DNA of 64,000 bases from positions 1 through 64,000 of the IMG/VR virus record IMGVR_UViG_3300045988_151219. One strand, given 5' to 3'. The position numbers were made by a program, and so were the translations under genes. The notes under the pieces are model-generated. The model ran no database searches and was not told where the DNA came from. It saw nothing but the letters and a program-made list of their open reading frames with translations. Each line of letters starts with the position of its first letter. Position 1 is the stretch's first letter. Below are positions 27,783-37,171 of the stretch, piece by piece. Source of the DNA: a virus.

Positions 27783-30700
27783 AAGTACGTTTCCATCCCT
27801 GTTAATCTGAATAACTTCTCTTCTGATGTTTCAGTAGGAACTCTTGCTGGTTGAGTAGATTCAGTATCAGCTACCTGATTTACTCTAATATCTAAATCTT
27901 CTATCTTCTTTGCTAAATATTCAAATCCCCAGGTAAGAACTTGTGTAATCGGTGAATAATCAGCAATATCAAAAGACGATAAATTATTAGCCGGATTATA
28001 TTCCTTAGGAATTACTGCTTCCCCTTTGTGTAAGAAAGCCCACTGGTTATTAGGAACAAACGGTGTACCTTGTTTATAAGAGTTAAAAGCATCTTCTGAA
28101 TAAGCAATTCTGGCTCCCCAGTCTGCGTACTCTTCTGAAGGAACTTCAAACGTTCTTCCCCACATTACAGTTTTCTCTTCTAATGTAGTTGCATTCTTTA
28201 ACGCTTGCAGTGCATGTCCATAATTTTCAGTTATTTCTTTCTGTAAGAATAATAACTGTGTATTAAAATCTGTAACATCTTGACCCATAGAAGCTGCAAA
28301 GTCTTCTAAAGCAGAACGGCGGTCAAAAGCCCATTGAGCTAACCCTATTGAACCATTTCCGTCAAACGATATAGCAGATGTACTAAAGTTGGATTCTTGC
28401 TGTATATTACCTGTAATAGCAGCTGCATCTAATTTAGACAACCCCATAGAAGACATGAGGAAGTCCATAACAGCCCCTTTTCTTCCAGTAGTATCTTTTG
28501 CATCAATATCACTACCGCCGAAATAGTCACCCATTCCACCATATGATGAAACGTTTAAAGAACCGCCCTTGCCAAAAATATTCTTAAATAATGTAGACAG
28601 GAATCCACCTGAATAATTATTCTTGAACATCCTGCGGACTAAATCAGCCTGTTGTCTCGGAACAACCATTTCTCCGGCGTGTAGTGTATATACCATACCG
28701 TCACGCGGAACCATCCATTCACCAGTTAAAGCCTGCTTGTCTGTAGACGGTTTATCAAGGCTACGTCCTGTAGCCCCCATATACCATCTACCTAACCCTG
28801 TACGGTGGTCATCTGCTGGCTGATTTCCACTTCCTGAGGTGTCTGTTTTAAATAAGTCAGCTATAATATGGAAAAATTTAGAGTCTGTTAATTCATTAAA
28901 CCAATCTCCTAATAATGAACACAAGTCTTTTACTATATCAATAGCATCGCCAGCGGCTTCGCCTAACCATTTAAGAGCATCTCCTAAAAATGGTAATTTT
29001 TCTGCTGCATAGTGTAAAGCTTCATCACCTAAAATAGCCCCAATGAATCCGCCGATTATAGTACCTACTACCGGAATTACAGAACCTATCGCCGCCCCCG
29101 CTGTAGCTCCCCCTAAGCTCCCTAAGATAGAAGTCATGATGTCTCCTCTTTCTTCTTTCTTAGCAGTACCTAATTCATATGCTCCAAATAAAGCAGAAAG
29201 CACTCCACTACCTTTAAATAGTTTTTTTATTGCTCCTATTTTAGTTATAGCTTTAAATCCCTTAGTTCCTGCCAATGCTGTATTAAAAGTTTTAGGGAAC
29301 ATCCCTTCTAAAATGTTTAATATTGGCTTTCTTACTAAAGTATTCCCTATTCCTGCTACACCTTTTCCTACTAACTTAGTAAACGGATTGATTAAAAGTA
29401 ATTTTCCTAACGCAAATAAACCATCCTTAATTTTTAAAACAGCTTTTATTACCATACCCCAGCCTGTTTTAAATTCAGTAATCATTCCCCTCTGAATTGT
29501 TTTTTGGAGTTCTATATTACTTTGAAAACTTTTTGAAGTAACTTTAGTCCACAACCACCCCTTTGCAGTTTTAGCTCCCCCTAAAACTTTGCCGGCAGCT
29601 CCTTTGCCTAATAAAGAAGCTCCACCAGCTAACTTTGTAAAAGCCTCAATAGCAAGCATTTTCTTAAAAATATTCTTTAACCACTCGTTTGAGGTTACTA
29701 ATAACGCTGCTTGGGTTACTAATTGACCTGTTAAAACAGCATCAGAATAATTTATCTCTAAATCCCCAATGAATTTTCCCAAATATTTATAGAAAGCACT
29801 TGAACCCCACCAGTTCCTTATTCTTTCAAACATAGAAGCAGATGTCTTAGACCCATCATTTAAGGTCTTGTTAATATCATTCTTCGCTTTAGTAATCCCA
29901 AATTTAGTTGTCTTTACTATATCTCTTAAGTCTTTATGTGTTAAATTCTTGTTAGACAAAATAGTATTAGCCATAGAGTCAGATATCCCCATCTGCTCCT
30001 TCATGATACGGCTAACCCCATCACCCTGTGCTAAAGTATCACGCATCCCGCCAATGAGTAAAGGCAATAATTCATCATACTGTCCGGTGTCTCTCAAGTA
30101 TTGCAGCTTCTCTACATCAATACCTGCTATACCATAACGTTCAGCTAAATTAGCAAAGGTAGAGAATTTTTCTTGTGTGAGTATTCCCGCTAATTCGTCC
30201 GGATTATATCCTACTTGTTTCAATCCGCCTATAGCTGCTAAAACATTTTTAGATATTAATTCCGCATCTTTTTCATTCTTAGCTTGTGCTAAAATCCCAT
30301 TCTGAACTAACGTACTAAAGGAATTAGAAAGCTCTTCCATACCTATTCCTGTAGTTTGTGTTGTATTAAGCATTAATTCAGACGTCTTGTCTAAGTATCT
30401 TTGTAAGTTTTCCCCTTGCATGACAGCATACTTATCTAATGTAGTAGCTATGCCTAACATCTTAGACGGGTCACTTAAACCTAAATACCTTGTATCCTTA
30501 ATTACAGATTCAGTGACACCTTTCATGCGGTCTCCCCACTTCATCCCTGAATCAAGCAAGGCATCCATGACTTGTCCTACTTTGTCCGCATTTGTCAAAG
30601 AACGTCCAATGTCTTTATTTATCTTATTAGTAACAGCGTAAACATCTTCATAAAAAGTAGTTATATTATATTTCTTGTGAGCATCCCTACTTTTCTTAAC

Positions 30701-31240
30701 GATAGATTCCATATCATCTTCTGCTTTTGACCTTAAGGCGGACAAGTTAAAAGCATTGATAATATCAATCAAAGATGACCCGAAATTATGAGATTTCTGA
30801 ATCATCTTATCCTGCTCTTCATTCATCTGTTTAAAATGCTTATTCTGTTCTTCATTAGCTTTCTGTAATTCTCTGAAACTTCTTTCAAGATTAGCATCAA
30901 GTCTTGCTATCATTCTATTCAGATTAGCATATAAAGTGTCTTGAGACTTGCCTAATCTCTTCATGTGAGCCTGTCTCTTTTTATATTCCGCTTCCTGCCA
31001 CTTTAAACTATCCTGGACTACCTGTTCCATATTCATATGGTACTTCTTCTTTAAAGCTTCAGAAAGTTTGTTATTCTCTTTTTGCAGTGTATTAAAAGAC
31101 TTGGAAAATTGAGCTTTCGCTGAATCCGCCACGTCTCCAAAAATATTTGAGAATGTAGATTTCACATCACTTTTCTGTTCGGGAGTTTGTCTCTTAGAAG
31201 GTTTATATATTTGTCTTTTTGAATTTGGTTGTTTATCCAT
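27779..31240 (-). CDS. tail tape measure protein with C-terminal tail-lysozyme-like domain
   Basis: 1153 aa. Coiled-coil N-terminus, Gly-rich hydrophobic segments (GGATAGAAIGSVIPVVGTIIGGFIGAILG), then LDAAAITGNIQQESNFSTSAISFDGNGSIGLAQW, typical of the phage tail lysozyme module. It follows the chaperone genes. Confidence 0.85.
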   Translation of the reverse strand: MDKQPNSKRQIYKPSKRQTPEQKSDVKSTFSNIFGDVADSAKAQFSKSFNTLQKENNKLSEALKKKYHMNMEQVVQDSLKWQEAEYKKRQAHMKRLGKSQDTLYANLNRMIARLDANLERSFRELQKANEEQNKHFKQMNEEQDKMIQKSHNFGSSLIDIINAFNLSALRSKAEDDMESIVKKSRDAHKKYNITTFYEDVYAVTNKINKDIGRSLTNADKVGQVMDALLDSGMKWGDRMKGVTESVIKDTRYLGLSDPSKMLGIATTLDKYAVMQGENLQRYLDKTSELMLNTTQTTGIGMEELSNSFSTLVQNGILAQAKNEKDAELISKNVLAAIGGLKQVGYNPDELAGILTQEKFSTFANLAERYGIAGIDVEKLQYLRDTGQYDELLPLLIGGMRDTLAQGDGVSRIMKEQMGISDSMANTILSNKNLTHKDLRDIVKTTKFGITKAKNDINKTLNDGSKTSASMFERIRNWWGSSAFYKYLGKFIGDLEINYSDAVLTGQLVTQAALLVTSNEWLKNIFKKMLAIEAFTKLAGGASLLGKGAAGKVLGGAKTAKGWLWTKVTSKSFQSNIELQKTIQRGMITEFKTGWGMVIKAVLKIKDGLFALGKLLLINPFTKLVGKGVAGIGNTLVRKPILNILEGMFPKTFNTALAGTKGFKAITKIGAIKKLFKGSGVLSALFGAYELGTAKKEERGDIMTSILGSLGGATAGAAIGSVIPVVGTIIGGFIGAILGDEALHYAAEKLPFLGDALKWLGEAAGDAIDIVKDLCSLLGDWFNELTDSKFFHIIADLFKTDTSGSGNQPADDHRTGLGRWYMGATGRSLDKPSTDKQALTGEWMVPRDGMVYTLHAGEMVVPRQQADLVRRMFKNNYSGGFLSTLFKNIFGKGGSLNVSSYGGMGDYFGGSDIDAKDTTGRKGAVMDFLMSSMGLSKLDAAAITGNIQQESNFSTSAISFDGNGSIGLAQWAFDRRSALEDFAASMGQDVTDFNTQLLFLQKEITENYGHALQALKNATTLEEKTVMWGRTFEVPSEEYADWGARIAYSEDAFNSYKQGTPFVPNNQWAFLHKGEAVIPKEYNPANNLSSFDIADYSPITQVLTWGFEYLAKKIEDLDIRVNQVADTESTQPARVPTETSEEKLFRLTGMETYL

Positions 31241-31291
31241 ATTTCCACCATACTATAAAGTCTAAAATTACTAAAATAATATATCATATGA

Positions 31292-31319
31292 AAATAGACC
31301 TAAAGCTTTAGGTCTATTT
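31292..31319 (-). terminator. perfect palindromic hairpin between the chaperone genes and the tape measure
   Basis: The minus strand reads AAATAGACCTAAAG/CTTTAGGTCTATTT followed by TCATATGATATATTATTTT. It contains the TAG stop of 31314..31556. Confidence 0.5.
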
Positions 31320-31556
31320 CTGCTTTATAGCGTCTTTCTTTGCTTGATTTTCTATTTCTATGTATTTCTTAATATAATCTAAAATCTGTTTACGCTCTGA
31401 TGGAGACAATTCGTCAACATACTCCGGCGTGTAACCTCTTCCGTAAAAGACTATTCTAAAACATTCTTCACACACATTATCATACATGGCAAATTTATAG
31501 TCCATGTATTTATTAAATTCTTCCCACCTATCGTAAAGTCTCGCTTTTTCAATCAA
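31314..31556 (-). CDS. putative tail assembly chaperone, distal (T-like) ORF
   Basis: 80 aa. The track start is TTG. The frame is open upstream across a T6 run and overlaps the end of 31549..32289. It lies directly upstream of the tape measure. Confidence 0.5.
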   Translation of the reverse strand: MIEKARLYDRWEEFNKYMDYKFAMYDNVCEECFRIVFYGRGYTPEYVDELSPSERKQILDYIKKYIEIENQAKKDAIKQK

Positions 31557-32289
31557 GGTCAGGATGAAAAAACTCGTATCCTAATACTACAGGCGCTTCG
31601 TATTCCTCCCCACATGATTCGCATTTTACAGGAAGCTTTCCTTGGTATCCATACCCTGAATATCTGCGTATCATCTTCTTTAATACAAGCAAGTCTCTTG
31701 CAGTTAAATTCTGAATATAAAATTCCCTTTCAGTAATAGATTTTTCTTCCCCATTTATGCTAACTAAAGCTTGAGCTAAAGTAGTAATAAATTCCTGCTC
31801 CGCCGGCTTTGTCTTTGTATTCTTCGCTACTCTTTTAACTCTGGACTGTATTATATTCTGGTCTTCTACCCGCAAAGCTCTAACAGTAATTGTATCTCCC
31901 GACACAGGAAGTTTTTCTTCGATAGGCTCTTTCCACTCTTCCATATATTCTTTTACTTCCATTTCATCAAGAGATGAAACATATTCTTTTGTATATCCAC
32001 ATTCAGGACATGTTCCTTCCACATGATAATCCGGACCGTATGAATGAATCCTTATCTTCATCAATAAAAACTGCTTATCATCAGGTGTAAGCTTGGTAGG
32101 GTCTATTTTTGGCGAAATTACACATTCTTTTATAATGTCATCTAAAATAGTAGGGGATGTAGAACCATAAATCTTTTTCTCAAGCAACCCTGTAATCATA
32201 GTTATCTTGATATCGCCCGCTAATTTCTTGTCTTCATAAGGTTTACCCTGTGACGGCAGTTTTACTACCATTTCTATCTTACTTGCCAT
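31549..32289 (-). CDS. putative tail assembly chaperone (G-like) with two zinc-ribbon motifs
   Basis: 246 aa. CPECGYTKEY and CESCGEEYEAP. Canonical position between tube and tape measure. Confidence 0.55.
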   Translation of the reverse strand: MASKIEMVVKLPSQGKPYEDKKLAGDIKITMITGLLEKKIYGSTSPTILDDIIKECVISPKIDPTKLTPDDKQFLLMKIRIHSYGPDYHVEGTCPECGYTKEYVSSLDEMEVKEYMEEWKEPIEEKLPVSGDTITVRALRVEDQNIIQSRVKRVAKNTKTKPAEQEFITTLAQALVSINGEEKSITEREFYIQNLTARDLLVLKKMIRRYSGYGYQGKLPVKCESCGEEYEAPVVLGYEFFHPDLD

Positions 32290-32357
32290 AGTAGATATTT
32301 TCTCCTTTACTAAATAAAATAAAATCTCCTACTTTAGTATATATCAGAAAATAAAAA

Positions 32358-32407
32358 TCCCTTGAGTTCGGCTCGCTCGGATAAATGAGTTGCTTAATGT
32401 CAAGGGA
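32358..32407 (-). terminator. hairpin with large loop followed by a U-run
   Basis: The minus strand reads TCCCTTGA-(34 nt)-TCAAGGGA followed by TTTTTATTTTCTG, about 45 nt after the stop of 32453..33013. Confidence 0.4.
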
Positions 32408-32452
32408 ATTATATATCAAATTAAAGCTTGAGATGTTCGATTATTGTTTATC

Positions 32453-33013
32453 TTACGGAGAAGTCTTTTTGTAGATAGCGTACAAAGCAATATCTTTCGT
32501 GAGTTTTACTTTTTCCTGTTCCAGTGTATATTTTTCTCCGCTGTCATCACAAGCAGTGTTCCAGTGGTCAAGTTTGAAACCGGTCTGCGGAATAAGTTCA
32601 TCACCTTTAGCCAGTTTAGCAATCACGCCAAACTTAGTTTCCTGCGGAGCAGGAACGATACCTTCCCCACCGTTAGCATAATATGTAACAGTGTATGAAA
32701 GTTCATAAGTATCCAGTTCTGCAAACGTATCTAAAAATTCTTCAGGAGTACCTTCCAGCATTTCCATATATCCGGAAGCTCCCATTTCTACTGAAACAAT
32801 CTTGTCTTTATTCAGCAGTGTGATTTTGAGACCCAAACCTTTAGAAATTACAGTGTCAACTTCATATCCATATTTGAACTGGGAACCTTTCTTGATTCCT
32901 ACGTGAGAAATGTCTTCTGCTTTTCCTAAAGCTGCTTGACGATTAGAAATATTTAAAAGCTTTAAAGCTGCTACGCGGATTTTTGCTTTTAACGGTTCTG
33001 AAATAGCCGGCAT
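32453..33013 (-). CDS. tail-associated protein with C-terminal Listeria-Bacteroides repeat (Flg_new) domain
   Basis: 186 aa. YTVTYYANGGEGIVPAPQETKFG...IPQTGFKLDHWNT...VKLTKDIALYAIYKK matches the Flg_new repeat pattern. It is adjacent to the tail tube gene. Confidence 0.65.
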   Translation of the reverse strand: MPAISEPLKAKIRVAALKLLNISNRQAALGKAEDISHVGIKKGSQFKYGYEVDTVISKGLGLKITLLNKDKIVSVEMGASGYMEMLEGTPEEFLDTFAELDTYELSYTVTYYANGGEGIVPAPQETKFGVIAKLAKGDELIPQTGFKLDHWNTACDDSGEKYTLEQEKVKLTKDIALYAIYKKTSP

Positions 33014-33047
33014 ATTATTTACCTACTTTCTTTAAAAATAAATATAA

Positions 33048-33575
33048 TTAAGTAACATTCTGAACATCTAAACGATATGCTCTGTCGTAAGACAAAGTCA
33101 TTGAAATTCTCTTGCGGTCTGATGAATCGTTAGACATTTCACCATAGTTTACAGCGGAGGGCCAAACACCTTCATACTTCCACTGGCGGATATATGTTCC
33201 GTCAGGACCACGCTGTGATAAAATCATGTCTCGTTTATATTGGTTTACCCAACCCATTTTACCCGTATTAGGGTCGTATACCTGGTTCTGCCACGCTTCA
33301 ATCTCTTTTTCAGTATCAACCAAAATAGCATCGTTTACTTCTAAAGTTCCGTCTGCGTATTCTGCTTGCCCTGCTACTTTAGCGTGGGAGTTTCCGAACG
33401 GTATGTCAACTACAGGAGTCGAACGGTCAGGCAAAGTCATTGAGTTCTGCAACATTGTGATGGATTCTGAAATGCCGTCAATCTGTATCTCAAACCAGTT
33501 CGTCATTTGTAACTGGTAATCTTTTCTTGAGCTTAGATGTCTGGCGTCATAATTCCTAACAGCTGAATCTGCCAC
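33048..33575 (-). CDS. tail tube protein (T4 gp19-like family)
   Basis: 175 aa, GTG start with GAGAGG SD. FEIQIDGISESITMLQNSMTLPDRS...FGNSHAKVAGQAEYADGTLEVND...WPSAVNYGEMSNDSS...ISMTLSYDRAY fits the contractile-tail tube family pattern. Confidence 0.8.
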   Translation of the reverse strand: MADSAVRNYDARHLSSRKDYQLQMTNWFEIQIDGISESITMLQNSMTLPDRSTPVVDIPFGNSHAKVAGQAEYADGTLEVNDAILVDTEKEIEAWQNQVYDPNTGKMGWVNQYKRDMILSQRGPDGTYIRQWKYEGVWPSAVNYGEMSNDSSDRKRISMTLSYDRAYRLDVQNVT

Positions 33576-33614
33576 TATATAAACCTCTCTTTCTCTTATT
33601 ATAGAAACTCTATA

Positions 33615-34806
33615 TTATAAGTGCCACTTAAAATTTCCACACCTATATACTTTAATATATTTAAGGCTCTCCATAATGAAATCTTCTTTATTTGCATGAG
33701 TTAAAGATTCTTCATAGAGTTTTGGATATTTCTTTTTCAGATATTTTAATTGTGCTTTTTCCCTCGGTACAAATAAATACCCTTTATAATCTGTCCAGTA
33801 GTAACTAAGTGAATTAGACACTAACTTGAATCCCGCTTTAGAATATATTCCTCCGGTGAAAAAGTCATTATCTGAAAATGTGACAATATTTTTTTGAGTT
33901 ACTTAAATATATATGATATTTTAAAAGTTTTTGAAATCCGCCAATTACTATATACCCTTGTTTTACTACGTACCTTATTATCTCAAATTCTTCTTTGTCT
34001 TTAGAATATCTGGATTTAGAAAATGAAATTAAAGACATTAATTCTCCCTGGAAATAAAGTCCGTAATTTATACTTTGATAATGTGAACTTCCCTGCAAGT
34101 GATATAAGTCTGTAAACTCTTTAACTTCTTTATAAGATAATTTAACTATTGTACATTTTCTGGCATATATTTTAGTTTTTGGAATAAAAATATTTTCTAT
34201 AAGCTGCTTTATCTTCTTCCGTCTATTTCTCCAATCTACGTCAAAAATAGAAAGCAATCTTATTCCTTTTTCTCGACACTGTAAATATTTCTTATAATGA
34301 TAGTCTTTAGGCTTTGCTGGATACCTGTGAAAATAACTGCCGTTACACTCAATAGCTATTTTGTATTTTGGTATATAGAAATCAAGCCCTCTTTGATTTC
34401 TGATAAAATCTTTAGTATCTAAATATTTTAATAGTGTATTATATATTTCATTTTCAAATTTAGAGTTTGAAAAATTTAAATTATTAATATTTTCCTCTTT
34501 TAACGGAATGATTATATGTTCTTCTCTCCTATTTTCTCTTTTCTTTCTAACAGACGACTCCCTGCCACATTTCTGGCATCCCCCTAATTGTTCTTGTGTA
34601 GACATCTTAATGACATGTCCTACCATCTTATAGTAAATCCCATGTTTACAGCAGAAAAACGGTAACTTCTCTGTTACCGTAATCTCCGCTTTTCTTGCTC
34701 TTTCTTTATCTTCTTCTCTTGCTAACAGGTCTATAAACCACTCCGGAAACCTTTTATTTCTATTCCTTGTCTTCCAGCTTAGTTTAACTCTTTCTTCATT
34801 TGTCAT
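33615..34806 (-). pseudogene. free-standing homing-endonuclease-like gene, split by a frameshift in an A7 run
   Basis: ORFs 33868..34806 and 33615..33821 are one gene. It has a Zn-finger-like N-terminus (CCKHG...CQKCG) and a PD-(D/E)xK-like core (DFYIPKYKIAIECNGSYFH). The next segment YHLQG...YGLYFQGELMSLISF...VIGGFQKLLKY then continues in another frame as NIVTFSDNDFFTGGIYSKAGFKLVSNSLSYYW. The frames switch at the T7 run on the plus strand, 33889..33895. Confidence 0.7.
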
Positions 34807-34985
34807 AGCTTATAACTATTGCAAAACCTTCATGAATATGTTAAAATAAATTAACTTAATTAATTAGTCTGGTCAGTTACGGTCAGATTCAAAGTGTGTA
34901 AGCGGCAACTTAAACACTTTATCTACAGCCTTTATGGCTGTTTTTTATTGTATACATAAATTAATCCAATAATATAACTTCGACT

Positions 34986-35228
34986 TCAAATAAGATGAAT
35001 ATATTCCGCCTTATCAATGTAATCATCAATAAGTGCATTATCTTCTTCTGATGAATACCCAGGTATCCTACTTCTGAAAGGTGTTTGTTCAATTTCAGTT
35101 ACATCAGTTAATGTATTATCAAAATACGCAACAGCTGCTTTTTTTGCTACATCTTCATTAGCGACACGATATACATATACTACCGGTTTCTTAAGAAGTT
35201 TTACCACATAAGATTTATAAACTTTCAT
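34986..35228 (-). CDS. hypothetical protein
   Basis: 80-aa ORF with no motif recognised. Confidence 0.5.
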   Translation of the reverse strand: MKVYKSYVVKLLKKPVVYVYRVANEDVAKKAAVAYFDNTLTDVTEIEQTPFRSRIPGYSSEEDNALIDDYIDKAEYIHLI

Positions 35229-35258
35229 TCTTTGTCACCCTAACCTAAATACATATTT

Positions 35259-35891
35259 TTATAGCTGTTGTAAAACAAAATATTTAGAAGCATTATTAAC
35301 TCTTTCAAAGGCATTATCTACATAACCTTGATAAGAACATTTGCCATTATAACGTTCATCCACTTCTTTAAAAGAATCGACTACTTTTGTTTCTAACTTA
35401 TATACATCTGGATTAGCTATTCCATAATTCAAAGGTGCGTAAACTTCATGTGCTACAATTAAAGAAATTGTTACTGAATGAAATTCTTTAAGATATTTAC
35501 TAAACTCTTTCATAGACATTTTACCGTTTTCATATTTTTTAGCCGCTGTCTCAAAAGCTTTTGCAAATTCAGGAGTATATAAAGTTATATTTTCCCCAGG
35601 TTCCATCTTACTTAACACTTCTTTTTTCTTTGCTTTATCAGATACTATTCCAGCCTGCTTTATAAGCCTGAAATTATCTAAATGTACTTTTTCAACTTTT
35701 GCAATATTAAAATAAATTTTGTCAGCATACTTCTTAAATTCAGTCAGGTCTTTACTCTCATTAGATACTGATGAAGTAACTTGATTAGATTTAGTATGTT
35801 TTACATCCGCTACTGTTTCATCTCCACCACAAGCTTTAACTAAACAAAGAATTAAAATTACTCCAATAAGATACTTCATCATTTTACTCAT
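35259..35891 (-). CDS. putative lipoprotein, paralogous to 37486..38112
   Basis: Start refined to MSKMMKYLIGVILILCLVKACGGDE, a signal peptide with a lipobox-like LVKAC. C-terminal VAHEVYAPLNYGIANPDVYK aligns with VVIYEVYDKINYSVTNATDYK of 37486..38112. Confidence 0.6.
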   Translation of the reverse strand: MSKMMKYLIGVILILCLVKACGGDETVADVKHTKSNQVTSSVSNESKDLTEFKKYADKIYFNIAKVEKVHLDNFRLIKQAGIVSDKAKKKEVLSKMEPGENITLYTPEFAKAFETAAKKYENGKMSMKEFSKYLKEFHSVTISLIVAHEVYAPLNYGIANPDVYKLETKVVDSFKEVDERYNGKCSYQGYVDNAFERVNNASKYFVLQQL

Positions 35892-35964
35892 TTTAAGCTT
35901 CCCTTTCTTTGACAGATTAACTGGTATAAACAATAGAATCTAAATTATATTTGTCAGCATACTC

Positions 35965-36552
35965 CTAAATAACATCTTTATATTCATTAGTGAACAATTT
36001 ATAGTCTTTAGAATATTCTTCAAAATCTTCAAAAATATCATAATCTTCATTACAAGGTCTTTCTTTAAGAGATTTAAACCTCTCTTTTAGAGTGATGTCG
36101 TCTAACTTAAAAAGTACGGGACAAACCTTGAAAGGCAAATAATCACTCAAGGAATAGTCAATCTTTTCCTTGATTTCTTTTTCTCTCTTACTGTTATTAT
36201 AAATCCGGTCATAAACTAAAGATGAAAATAACCACCTGTCAATAATACCAAAATTATCCAAACTATTTAAAACCTTGTACGGATAGTCAATACATTTCAA
36301 AACTTTCAAGACCATAGAAACATATTTATATCTTTCATTAAAATCAGGTTCCAGTTTATTCCACCCATAACTAATAATATCTACTTTAGTTAAAGCTTTA
36401 CCTACAAGCTTCTCTTTAACGATTTCTGCGGTCTTAGTCTTTCCTACTCCATCAAAGCCTTCAAATATAAATACAGTTGAATTTCTTTTGTTTGTACTTT
36501 TCATTAAATCAGCTAATTCATTAATTTCTTTTACATAACTTGTTGTCCTCAC
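35965..36552 (-). CDS. thymidylate-kinase-like P-loop nucleotide kinase
   Basis: 195 aa, GTG start with AAAGGAG SD. P-loop IFEGFDGVGKTKTAE is the classic dTMP kinase signature (E-G-x-D-G-x-G-K-T). Confidence 0.6.
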   Translation of the reverse strand: MRTTSYVKEINELADLMKSTNKRNSTVFIFEGFDGVGKTKTAEIVKEKLVGKALTKVDIISYGWNKLEPDFNERYKYVSMVLKVLKCIDYPYKVLNSLDNFGIIDRWLFSSLVYDRIYNNSKREKEIKEKIDYSLSDYLPFKVCPVLFKLDDITLKERFKSLKERPCNEDYDIFEDFEEYSKDYKLFTNEYKDVI

Positions 36553-36572
36553 TTTTATATTCTCCTTTAACT

Positions 36573-36950
36573 TTACAAATTTAACGTTTCTTTTAAATAA
36601 GGTTGTACATAATTATCTCCATAATTATCCTCATATTCATCTATTCGATAATACAAAGAGTAAATTTCTTTATCAAACGGACATTCTGAAATGTCAAATC
36701 CTTTTTCTTTAATAAATACTTCCCAATTTTTAGTTTTATCCTCTTGATAAATGTTTATCCATTCTTTCTCAAGCATTCCCCATAAGTCACAATCTTGATA
36801 GTGTTTATATTGTCGAACTTCCTCTATGTCAATAAGACGGTTTTTCATAGCCTCTATTTCTTTCAAATCTCGGCTTATCATGACTATTGTAGTTTCTTCT
36901 ATTTCTTCACTAAAACCATTTTCATAACTCTCTGTAAGTACATAATACAT
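36573..36950 (-). CDS. hypothetical acidic protein
   Basis: 125-aa ORF with no motif recognised. Confidence 0.55.
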   Translation of the reverse strand: MYYVLTESYENGFSEEIEETTIVMISRDLKEIEAMKNRLIDIEEVRQYKHYQDCDLWGMLEKEWINIYQEDKTKNWEVFIKEKGFDISECPFDKEIYSLYYRIDEYEDNYGDNYVQPYLKETLNL

Positions 36951-36972
36951 AACATTTCCTCCTTTACAATAA

Positions 36973-37161
36973 TTAAAGATGTTTCTTAATAATCGTAAAA
37001 ATACTAAATATCAACAAAATAAACCAAATAAATAAAATCCAAAAGTAAAGCGTGTTGTCTGTTAAAAGACTGGCAAAAACATAAGCAGGAGCTACAACGA
37101 AAATTAAATTCACAGCTACTGTAAGAACCAAAACAGTAATTAAATACCAAATTAATTTCAT
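36973..37161 (-). CDS. small two-helix membrane protein
   Basis: Start refined to MKLIWYLITVLVLTVAVNLIFVVAPAYVFASLL...WILFIWFILLIFSIFTII, preceded by TAAGGAGGAAATC. Confidence 0.6.
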   Translation of the reverse strand: MKLIWYLITVLVLTVAVNLIFVVAPAYVFASLLTDNTLYFWILFIWFILLIFSIFTIIKKHL

Positions 37162-37171
37162 GATTTCCTCC

